Shown one piece after another: positions 14,720 through 23,900 of a stretch of DNA of 28,325 nucleotides (position 1 is its first letter; each line of letters begins with the position of its first letter). Source of the stretch: an uncultured virus (IMG/VR IMGVR_UViG_3300032677_000014) (Duplodnaviria > Heunggongvirae > Uroviricota > Caudoviricetes); IMG/VR virus record IMGVR_UViG_3300032677_000014, one strand, 5' to 3'. A program made the translations under genes and the position numbers. The notes under the pieces were generated by a model, which was not told the origin of the DNA, searched no databases, and was given only the letters and a program-made list of their open reading frames with translations.

Positions 14720-16271
14720 CAAAGCTATTGTAATTACTACCCGCCGACCTAATTTAATAACTGAATGTATACCTAAAAGTGAAGTTATAGAAACGGAAGG
14801 CGAGCTCCATAAAGTTGCAGTTCATTGGGGTTTAGAAGAAGCACAAGTATTAAATAAATTAAGGATAAAAAACATTCCTTCGCCTATCCAAAAAGATTAC
14901 AAGTGGCCGGGGTTATTTAAACCTATGGCACACCAAAAAGAAACTGCCAACTTCCTTACGCTTAATCAAAGATCGTTTTGTTTTAATGAGCAAGGTACAG
15001 GTAAAACGGCATCAGCAATTTGGGCTGCTGATTATTTGATGGAAACAAAGCGTGTACTACGTGCGCTTATTATCTGCCCCTTATCTATTATGCAGTCTGC
15101 TTGGCAGGCTGACTTATTTAAATTTGCTATGCACCGCAAGGTTGGCTTAGCTTATGGAGATAGGTTAAAGCGTAAAGCTATTATTGACAGCGACGCACAA
15201 TTTGTAATTATCAATTATGACGGCGTTGAAATTGTAGCCGAGGATATTATGAGAAACAATTTTGATCTCATTATTGTTGATGAGGCAAATGCCTATAAGA
15301 CTATTACTACTCAGCGCTGGAAAACCCTTAACCATATAGTAACCCCAAGAACTTGGTTATGGATGATGACTGGTACTCCAGCAGCACAAAGTCCTACTGA
15401 TGCTTTTGGTTTAGCAAAGCTGTGTGTACCGGATAACGTGCCTAGATTCTTTGGTGCTTTCAGAGATCAGACTATGATTAACGTAAGCAAATACCGATGG
15501 ATGCCCAAACCCGATGCACAACAAGTAGTATTTAATGCGCTCCAACCAGCAATAAGATTTGAAAAGAAAGATTGCCTAGACTTACCAGAGGTCACACATG
15601 TTTACAGAGACGCCCCCCTTACTGCGCAACAGGAGAAATATTATAAACTTCTCAAAAAAGAAATGCTCATGGTGGCAGATGGAGAAGAAATCAGTACCGT
15701 CAATGCTGCTATTAACCTTAATAAACTTCTGCAAATTTCTGGTGGGGCTGTCTATTCTGACACTGGTGCTGTTGTTGAATTTGACGTGTCTAATCGCTTA
15801 CGAGTTATCGAGGAAGTTATCCAAGAAGCTAGTCACAAAGTGCTTGTATTTGTGCCGTTCACGCATACAATAGAGCTACTCACGGAGCATTTGAGAGGGG
15901 CAGGTATTACCTGTGACGTTATAAATGGGGCCGTAACGGTTAATAAACGAACCGAAATATTTAAAAAATTTCAAGAGACAGAACACCCAAGAGTTCTTAT
16001 TATTCAACCTCAAGCTGCGTCACATGGGGTCACGCTAACTGCTGCTGATACAATCATTTGGTACGCACCGGTAACATCCATAGAAACATACCTACAAGCC
16101 AATGCACGTATTGATAGGCAAGGACAAAAGAATGCTATGACTATTGTGCATATTAAGGGTAGTCCCGTAGAGACAAGGCTGTACCACATGTTGCAAAATA
16201 AATTAGATGTGCATGAAAAAATTATTGACTTATATAAAAAAGAAGTTGATGAAAAAGAATTGACAGAGTAA
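14703..16271 (+). CDS. SNF2-family (SF2) helicase
   Basis: EQGTGKT, ICPLS, IINYD, DEAN, MTGTP, HGVTLTAA, QANARIDRQGQ. Confidence 0.93.
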   Translation: MEIVNNKAIVITTRRPNLITECIPKSEVIETEGELHKVAVHWGLEEAQVLNKLRIKNIPSPIQKDYKWPGLFKPMAHQKETANFLTLNQRSFCFNEQGTGKTASAIWAADYLMETKRVLRALIICPLSIMQSAWQADLFKFAMHRKVGLAYGDRLKRKAIIDSDAQFVIINYDGVEIVAEDIMRNNFDLIIVDEANAYKTITTQRWKTLNHIVTPRTWLWMMTGTPAAQSPTDAFGLAKLCVPDNVPRFFGAFRDQTMINVSKYRWMPKPDAQQVVFNALQPAIRFEKKDCLDLPEVTHVYRDAPLTAQQEKYYKLLKKEMLMVADGEEISTVNAAINLNKLLQISGGAVYSDTGAVVEFDVSNRLRVIEEVIQEASHKVLVFVPFTHTIELLTEHLRGAGITCDVINGAVTVNKRTEIFKKFQETEHPRVLIIQPQAASHGVTLTAADTIIWYAPVTSIETYLQANARIDRQGQKNAMTIVHIKGSPVETRLYHMLQNKLDVHEKIIDLYKKEVDEKELTE

Positions 16272-16288
16272 AGTAATTGTAGTAGTAT
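16260..16288 (+). promoter_or_regulatory. sigma-70 promoter TTGACA-N17-TAGTAT
   Basis: Consensus -35 at 16260-16265, 17-bp spacer, -10 at 16283-16288; followed by a small hairpin and AAGGA RBS. Confidence 0.8.
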
Positions 16289-16330
16289 TAATTATCGGGC
16301 GAAGACCCGCAACAATTAAAGGAAAACGAA

Positions 16331-16750
16331 ATGGAAAATACCAAAGTGGTAGAGCAACCCGTCGTCAGCGTAGACAAACTAGTCGAAGTCTATATCAAGA
16401 TTCGTGACGCTCGAGATGAAATCCGTCGTGAACTTGAAGCTAAAGAAGCTGATTTAAATGAGCAGCTTGAACTAATTTCCCAGCAGATACTTGATGTATG
16501 CAAACAAACCGGGGCCGACAGCATTAAGACTGCGCACGGTACGGCTATGCGTGGTGTCAAGTCACGCTACTGGACTAATGATTGGGAGAAATTCTATGAG
16601 TTCTTGTTTGAACAGAATGCTCCTGAGTTATTAGAAAGAAGAATTCATCAATCCAATATGAAACAATTTTTGGAGGAGAATCCGGATTTGCATCCCGCCG
16701 GACTTAATGTGGATCGCACATACGCTATTACCGTAAGGAGAAGCAAATGA
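16331..16750 (+). CDS. conserved phage replication-region protein (coiled coil + SIKT-x-x-GT, DW-x-x-F, PAGL motifs)
   Basis: AAGGA RBS; 139 aa; position before the putative SSB. Confidence 0.8.
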   Translation: MENTKVVEQPVVSVDKLVEVYIKIRDARDEIRRELEAKEADLNEQLELISQQILDVCKQTGADSIKTAHGTAMRGVKSRYWTNDWEKFYEFLFEQNAPELLERRIHQSNMKQFLEENPDLHPAGLNVDRTYAITVRRSK

Positions 16751-17643
16751 GTAACGTCGCCCTTTTTAATCAACAACTACCTGACTACCTTAAAGAGGTT
16801 CAGCTTGATGATGTAACCAAAGCCCTATCGGGTGGTGGTGCGCAAGTTAAGCGGATTGCTCTTGGGAATAATAGATTTGTATTAAAAGTAAATGGATCTG
16901 ATATTTCTAAAACAAACAGCGATAAGTTGGAAGTTGTAATTGTTAATGCATCTAAGCATATCTCAAGAACGTTCTATGCTAAAGCATGGGATCCTAAAGC
17001 TGATGCTGCACCACCTGACTGCTGGTCTAACGACGGTGAGAAACCTGATCCATCTGTTAAAGAACCACAAGCTTCTGCTTGCGTAGGATGTCCACAAGAC
17101 ATTAACGGTTCCGGTCAAGGTAATACTAAAGCTTGTCGTAAGAACCGCCGAATTGCAGTAGCGTTGGCATCTGATTTGGAAGGCGATGTTTATCAAATGA
17201 CATTGCAATCCAAATCGATTTTTTACGACATGAAAGATCCTGGCGATTTAGATCACATGCCATTTAACCAATACGCTAAGTATGTTGGCTCACAAGGCTA
17301 CAACTTAATTAACTTGGTTACTGAAATGCGGTTTGATGAAGACTCTACAGTAGGTAAGTTGTTCTTCCGCCCAGTACGTTTCTTAGAGAAGCACGAGTGG
17401 GAACAGGCTAAGAAGTTAAGTGAAACTCCAGCATCTATAAACGCTATTACTATGACGGTTGCGCAGGCCGACGGCGTTAAGAAGCTAGCTGCTCCAGCAC
17501 CAAAAATGGCAGATCCAGTTTTAAATGCAGTTGAAACTGAAATTGAAGAGCCAAAAAAACGTGTTGAAAAGAAAGCCGAGCCTACACCTAAACGTGATCT
17601 CAAAGCCGTGATGAGTGGTTGGTCTACCGACGATTCAGAATGA
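16747..17643 (+). CDS. putative single-stranded DNA-binding protein
   Basis: AAGGAG RBS; PDCWS-x-DG...C-x-x-CP...GSG...KAC motif; acidic C-terminal tip (WSTDDSE); lies between helicase and primase. Function inferred. Confidence 0.6.
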   Translation: MSNVALFNQQLPDYLKEVQLDDVTKALSGGGAQVKRIALGNNRFVLKVNGSDISKTNSDKLEVVIVNASKHISRTFYAKAWDPKADAAPPDCWSNDGEKPDPSVKEPQASACVGCPQDINGSGQGNTKACRKNRRIAVALASDLEGDVYQMTLQSKSIFYDMKDPGDLDHMPFNQYAKYVGSQGYNLINLVTEMRFDEDSTVGKLFFRPVRFLEKHEWEQAKKLSETPASINAITMTVAQADGVKKLAAPAPKMADPVLNAVETEIEEPKKRVEKKAEPTPKRDLKAVMSGWSTDDSE

Positions 17644-17873
17644 GTTTAAGAGGTTATAGTTATCGTTTAGTACAAGCCATCCAAGCTGCTAACCCTGACC
17701 TAGTTGGGGTACAGCTTGGCAAGTGGTGTATTAAAAACGACGTTCCGGTTGATAGGATTGCGAGGTACTTCAAGGTATCTCGCATGACTATTTATTCATG
17801 GTTTACTGGTGTGTCTAAACCTCACCCACGTAAAGCTGAGTTAGTCCAAGACTTTTTATTAGAACAAATCTAA
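17640..17873 (+). CDS. Cro-like HTH protein (start revised to ATG 17640)
   Basis: IARYFKVSRMTIYSWFTG HTH; ATGA overlap. Confidence 0.78.
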   Translation: MSLRGYSYRLVQAIQAANPDLVGVQLGKWCIKNDVPVDRIARYFKVSRMTIYSWFTGVSKPHPRKAELVQDFLLEQI

Positions 17874-20714
17874 GTGCCTACAACAGATCTATTAGACAAG
17901 GTGTTACCACCCGAAGGGGAGGGGCATTACTGCATAGTCGGCTTACGGCAAGATGGGTCAAAACCCCCAGTACAAACATTTCATGCAACTCTTGCTGAGG
18001 CAGAGACGCAGATTGACAAACTGCTACAAGAAAAATGCAACGTGTATTTTGCTTGTGCTAAGTATATTGATCCAAAAGAAGGGCGCATACAGCCTAACGG
18101 CAATTTAATTAAAGCATTTTGGATTGACGTCGATTGTGGTTTAGGCAAACCATATGCAGACCAAGCTGAAGGCTTATCGGCACTCAAGGAGTTCTGTGCA
18201 AAGGTGCACCTACCTTTGCCGACGATTGTCAATTCAGGGCGTGGCATACATGCGTATTGGAGATTAACAACTGTAGTCGACCGATTACAGTGGAAGCCAG
18301 TAGCTGAACGTCTTAAAACATTGTGCGAAGAATATGAGTTCCATGCTGACCCATCACGCACTGCCGACAACGCATCTATCCTACGTGTACCCGGCACACT
18401 TAACTTTAAAGATGAAGAGGGTTTGCCTGTAGAAATATTGGCGGTTGAACCTGAGCTTGAGTACGAAGCTATTAAAGCTACCATCGGCGTGTTGATAGCC
18501 CCTGATTGGGTACCTCGCCAAATGAGCGAGTCAGCCTTAGCATTGTTAGGTAATAAGCAAAGCCGCTTTAAAACCATCATGATTAAAACCATGAATGGCA
18601 AAGGATGTGCCCAGCTTGAAAACATTGTAGTAAACCAAGACACAATTGAAGAACCATTATGGAGGGCAGGGCTGTCGATTGCAGCTCACTGCGTAGATCA
18701 TGACACAGCGATACACCAAATATCATCGGGGCATCCCGAGTATTCACCGGAGTCAACAGAGCGTAAAGCTCGTTCGACAAAGGGCCCTTATACATGCAAC
18801 ATATTTCAAAAGCTTAACCCAACGTCGTGCACGGAATGCCCGCACAAGGGCAAGATTTCTTCTCCGATCCAGCTCGGATCCGAAATTGCTGAGTCAGAAG
18901 ATAATGTCGTCGTGGAAGAGAACGAGAATGGTAAAGAAGAAGTTTTCGAAATTCCAGATTACCCGTTCCCTTACTTTCGGGGCAAAAATGGTGGCGTTTA
19001 TGTCCGGATTCAAGACGATGAAAACGGCGACGATGCGATAAACATTTATGAACATGACTTCTATATAGTCAAACGTTTATATGATCCAGCCAAAGGCGAG
19101 TCACTTTGGTTTAGATTGCATTTGCCAAGAGATGGCGTAAAAGAATTTTCTTTGCCAGCTACCGACGTAATGTCATTGGATAAATTAAAAGAAAAGCTAG
19201 GTTTTTATGGTGTGCTTGGCGGGAAAAAACAAATGGAAGCAGTTATGACGTATGTCATTGTATCTGCTAAAAATTTACAACATAAAATGGAGCTAGAAGT
19301 TATGAGAAATCAATTTGGCTGGGCCGACAAAGATACAAAGTTTATTATTGGTGAACAAGAAATATCTGCAGATAGAGTTGCGTATAGTCCGCCATCTGTA
19401 GCAACAGGATCATTATCTGATTGGTTAAAACCAGCAGGTGACTATGATGCTTGGAAGAAAACAATTAAGGTCTACGATGCCGAAGGGTTTGAACCACATG
19501 CGTTTGGTTTCTTTACTGCGTTTGGTGCGCCGCTACTTAAACATTTAAATTTTAAAGGCGGCATTATCAATCTGATTAACAACACCTCAGGTACAGGTAA
19601 GTCTACTATTCTCAAGATGTGTAACAGCGTATGGGGTCATCCAGAAGAGTTAATGTTACAGTGGAAAGATACTATGAATGCCATCATTCACCGTATGGGT
19701 GTAATGAATAATTTGCCTGTAACGATTGATGAGGTAACTAAACTATCAGGCGACCACTTTTCTGACTTAGCTTATAGCGCATCGCAAGGTCGGGGCAAAA
19801 ACCGGATGCAACAGCATACTAATGCTGAACGGGTTAATGCTACTAAATGGGCGACCATAGTATTGTGCAGTTCTAATGCATCTTTCTATGACAAATTGTC
19901 ATCTTTAAAATCTACGCCTGATGGCGAATTCATGCGACTACTGGAGTACAAAATTGAACTTACTGGAAATCTTACTAAAGAAGAAGCCGACGTTATATTT
20001 AATCGTTTGTACGATAATTATGGGCATGCTGGTGTGGAGTATGCTAAGTATTTGGTAAGCGACTTAGAGTCGGCCATTGACCTAGTTATGCAAGTTCAAC
20101 AACGCTTGGACAAGGCTGTCGGCCTAACAAACAGAGAACGTTTCTGGTCTGCTATATGCGCATGTAATATTGCTGGGGCTTTGATTGCTAAAGACTTAAA
20201 AATTATTGACTTCGATATTAAACGTGTCTTTGATTGGATAGTTAAAGAACTTAAAGTAATGCGCACTGAAGTTAAGATGCCTGCACAAAACAACTCTAGC
20301 GTAATTGGTGAATTTATGAACCATCATCGTGCAGCCATATTAGTCATTAATGGTAAAGCTGATAAGCGTTCTGGCATGGAACAGCTACCTATTCTTGAAC
20401 CTAAGTTTAATGATTTGTTTGTACGAATTGAACCGGATAATAAGCATATTTATATTAGCGCTAAACAGTTCCGTAAGTATTGTTCTGACAATCAGATTAC
20501 TTTAAAAGATGTGCTAACTTCTTTGCAAGCTGATAAAGCATTTTTGGGTAAGGTTAATAAGCGACTAGGTAAAGGCACTAAGATTACGTCGCCGACTGTG
20601 GACGCATTTTTGTTTGATATGAATAATGCCCACTTCCAAGACACTGACCAGTTTATCGAAGAAGCCAAGAATGCTACTGTAGATGTTGATCCACGGTCTG
20701 GACTTCCGAGTTAA
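17874..20714 (+). CDS. primase-helicase fusion (RepB/AEP-like primase + DUF927-like P-loop helicase region)
   Basis: WIDVD, SGRGIHAYW, ILRVPGTLN primase motifs; EPLW and C...C-x-x-CPH middle domain; SGTGKST Walker A, TIDE Walker B, SSN; GTG start. Confidence 0.9.
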   Translation: MPTTDLLDKVLPPEGEGHYCIVGLRQDGSKPPVQTFHATLAEAETQIDKLLQEKCNVYFACAKYIDPKEGRIQPNGNLIKAFWIDVDCGLGKPYADQAEGLSALKEFCAKVHLPLPTIVNSGRGIHAYWRLTTVVDRLQWKPVAERLKTLCEEYEFHADPSRTADNASILRVPGTLNFKDEEGLPVEILAVEPELEYEAIKATIGVLIAPDWVPRQMSESALALLGNKQSRFKTIMIKTMNGKGCAQLENIVVNQDTIEEPLWRAGLSIAAHCVDHDTAIHQISSGHPEYSPESTERKARSTKGPYTCNIFQKLNPTSCTECPHKGKISSPIQLGSEIAESEDNVVVEENENGKEEVFEIPDYPFPYFRGKNGGVYVRIQDDENGDDAINIYEHDFYIVKRLYDPAKGESLWFRLHLPRDGVKEFSLPATDVMSLDKLKEKLGFYGVLGGKKQMEAVMTYVIVSAKNLQHKMELEVMRNQFGWADKDTKFIIGEQEISADRVAYSPPSVATGSLSDWLKPAGDYDAWKKTIKVYDAEGFEPHAFGFFTAFGAPLLKHLNFKGGIINLINNTSGTGKSTILKMCNSVWGHPEELMLQWKDTMNAIIHRMGVMNNLPVTIDEVTKLSGDHFSDLAYSASQGRGKNRMQQHTNAERVNATKWATIVLCSSNASFYDKLSSLKSTPDGEFMRLLEYKIELTGNLTKEEADVIFNRLYDNYGHAGVEYAKYLVSDLESAIDLVMQVQQRLDKAVGLTNRERFWSAICACNIAGALIAKDLKIIDFDIKRVFDWIVKELKVMRTEVKMPAQNNSSVIGEFMNHHRAAILVINGKADKRSGMEQLPILEPKFNDLFVRIEPDNKHIYISAKQFRKYCSDNQITLKDVLTSLQADKAFLGKVNKRLGKGTKITSPTVDAFLFDMNNAHFQDTDQFIEEAKNATVDVDPRSGLPS

Positions 20715-20880
20715 TTGGAAAAACTTTGTAATAGGTTCTTCCTTTTTTATCCCTTGTTTGGATACAGAAGGGGCTAAGGCTACCATTTTAAAAACTACAA
20801 GACGCTTAGGATATGAAATAAAAACTAGGGTTGTAGTGGAAAAAGGTATTAGTGGCTTGCGGGTTTGGCGGATTTTGTAG
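20683..20880 (+). CDS. small conserved-type phage protein (W...GSSFFIPC...GLRVWR)
   Basis: Pattern typical of the last gene of such replication operons; overlaps primase end. Confidence 0.72.
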   Translation: MLIHGLDFRVNWKNFVIGSSFFIPCLDTEGAKATILKTTRRLGYEIKTRVVVEKGISGLRVWRIL

Positions 20881-20892
20881 TATTATTACCAC

Positions 20893-20964
20893 GTAGTCTT
20901 TCTTTGGGCTACTTCGTTTTCCTCGGTTGATTCCGTTTACCCCACCTTAGCGGTGGGGTTTTTT
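20893..20964 (+). ncRNA. candidate ~70-nt sRNA with anti-RBS segment
   Basis: Upstream TTGCGG-N18-TATTAT (20857-20886); 5' hairpin GUAGUC/GGCUAC; single-stranded UUCGUUUUCCUC; ends in terminator. Confidence 0.5.
20939..20964 (+). terminator. intrinsic terminator
   Basis: ACCCCACC-TTAGC-GGTGGGGT followed by a T-run, at the convergence of two operons. Confidence 0.85.
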
Positions 20965-23900
20965 ATTCGTCGGGATCGCCGTAGTCGCCCATGCTGCTAA
21001 GCTCCCCAATCAATTTCTTATTAATTGGTATACCGCCTGTAGTTTCGGCTAAGATACGTTGCTTAAAGCGACCACGTACCGAACGGCTTAAGTTTCTACC
21101 GGTAATGGCAACACCTGGATTAGCTAAATTAAACTGCCCTATTCTCTCCATAGTCCGGTCTACCATATCAGCATCTTGGTTATCTATACCCATAAAGAAT
21201 GCATCTAGCAAAGATTGACGGCGGTTAAGTATTTGCTGCTCAGCCGCTTTCATTTCAATGTCGGCCTTCTGTCTTTGGGCTACACGTTCTGGGGTAAACC
21301 CTAATGCTTGCCATCCTGCTTCGGCCCCCGTAATGTCGCCTACAAGCTCATTTCCACGCAAGGTTGTGGCCCTACCCTCAACCGCAAACCGTCCGCCCTT
21401 TAGGAAGTTCTTAACAAAGGCTGGGCTGGCTGTTTCTATAGCTCGCTCAAGATTACCTTCTCTCCATTGTTTAGATGCGTCGGCAAAGCTCATAGCTAGT
21501 CCCGCTGTGGGACCAAGAGCATTAAATACAAAGTTCTGCATAGCCGTTACTTCATCAGGACTCTTACGAGCATCCCTAAACCATAGGTCATTTAAACTAA
21601 GTCGGTCGGCTACGTTAGCCCCAAGAGTCTGAGATATTATGCCACGGGATATAGAATCACCTACAAAGCCACCAAAGGTATGGGCACACCAGTTCTTAAA
21701 CCAGTTGTCAAAATCCCATGTATCGTCCTCATCACCAAAAACTGCGTGCATGGCGTTCATAATTCCGGATACCAACCACCATAAGGGTAAACCCGTAGCC
21801 CCAGCAAAAATTGCAGTCATACCTAAAGTTCCAGCAAGACGTGCTCTAGCTTCTCTTCTAGTTTCTTTTATAAAGTCATCGGTAGCTTTAGCCAGTTCAT
21901 CTTCTGTAAGTGGAGGAAGCCCAGGTTTATTCTGCCTATGGTCTTCTCTAATAGACTCACGAATACTACGAAGATCATTAAGCATTTCCTGCATTTTAGG
22001 ATCAAACTTAGTACGATTATTCTTTGCCTCATTCTCCATAGCAACTAAATCTTTATATGGCAAATACTGTTTACCAATAGATTCATAAGCACTGCGAGCT
22101 AATAAGTAAGTCATTTGCTGAGAGAACTGTTTAAATTGCAAAATTACTTTTAAGCTTGGGTTTTGGAAATAACGAGGTTTATTTAATGTTGAATAATCAA
22201 ACATTGATTTATATGTTAAATCTTTAGCTGTTTCAATAGCTTTTTCTTGTGCAGCTTTCTCGCTATATCCTTTGGACATAAACTTTTCGTATGCTAACTT
22301 ATAAGAAGTCATAGCTACAATCTCACGGTTGGCACGTTCTGTTACATGGAACGGCATACTAACCCAGTTCATAGCCTTTTGAAACCGTGCTTTATATAGA
22401 TTAGATGGTGTTTCGGCTAAGCCGACAATGTCGTGTGGCAATGTAACATCTAATAATCCATCAGCTACAAACTGATCATAGGCTTCCCGCTCTAGTTTAG
22501 ATAGGATATTTTCGTTATTAGATAGTGAGAAGAAGTTAAGATTGCCGTCGGCATCACGCAGTCCAGATTTCATAAACTTAGATGCGTAGTCTCTCATAGC
22601 TCGTGCAGTTCCTCCAGCACCGTAGCGTGCGGATATTACCGGAAAGCCTACTGCTGGTACACCTAACATATTTGTTATAGCCGAAGCTGGTGAGGTCATG
22701 TACCATACAAAAGAAGCACCGGATAAGAACCCTGCAACGGGGCCGCTATCTGGCGGATTCATAATTAATTTGTAGCGCTCGCTTAATTCTTTTACGTAGT
22801 CCTTATCTACTTTACCTTCTATGTCGCCTTTATCAAAAGCAAACTGGCGTGCTCTTTCTAAGTGACCAGATAGTTCACGGCTAAACTTAAAACGAGATTG
22901 TTGATAGGCCATATGAAACGCCGACTGCGCAAAGGCACGAAGCATATCTTTATCCATACCAGCAGTTCCTTTACGGTTAAGGAACATCTTACGTACGCTT
23001 TTATCTGGAAGCGTCAAATAATAAAGCTGGTCCAAAGCGTCATTTAAATTGCCACGTAATTCTGTAGTATCAGCACCCTGAGTATTTTGAATCATGTCTT
23101 TAAGATTTTTTAAAAACTCAAAGTCTTGCAAGTTAGATGAAGTTAAATCTTGTATAGAATTACCCAAATGCAAATCATTTTGACGATCAAATGTCTTACC
23201 TAATTCTTCTAAACGTTTTCTTACAAATTTATCACGTGCAAAAGACGATTCAAATGTATAAAATTCTTTTTGTTTGCCCTTAAAGAATTGAGCTGAGAAT
23301 TTACCAAAACGACGAATTGGGAAATATGGTTCTACTTTATTACGAGCAAAGTGATCTTCAATAGCAAACAACTGGTTGTGTGCATCAATTTCTTCATTAG
23401 TAAACCCTTTAGCTAATAATGCTTCTTTTATACCAGCAGCAATAGTTGCACGTATATCTGGTTCAGCTAGACCTTTTTTCTCAAGCCGAGCACGTAGTTC
23501 TTTAATACCAGTAATATTTAACTTTTTAATTCTATCGTGTGCAGCAATATCGGCTTCACTAAAACCTGCGCCTAGCATAGATTGTTTTTTATTATCAAGA
23601 ATTATTGATACGTAATTTTCATATTGTTGTTTATAAAAATCACGAACCTTTCGGTATATATCTTTAGCCTGGTCGCTTAGGTTATTCCATGCGTCATTAA
23701 TATCTTTATCAGAAGTTTTGCCGTTTTTAGCGTCAGGATCTTCACCAAGTAAAGTAGAGTCAATCATCAAAGCATTAAGCTTCTCGCTTTCTTTTGGATT
23801 TTTGTTTTGCCATTCCATCCAAGGGTTAATAATGTCCCTTGTTTTTTCTAGTTGTTGATTGCGGCTATCAAGCATGCGTTCGGTGCTATTAATAAATTCA

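Noticed and set aside
15277..15291. Inactivated SNF2 helicase because Walker B reads DEAN
   Set aside because: The catalytic DE pair and all other motifs are intact; the fourth position varies among phage SNF2-like proteins
17981..18643. Long antisense ORFs (also 11074-11604, 21258-22088, 26049-26471, 8157-8438)
   Set aside because: Shadow frames of well-supported genes on the opposite strand; no RBS or protein motifs
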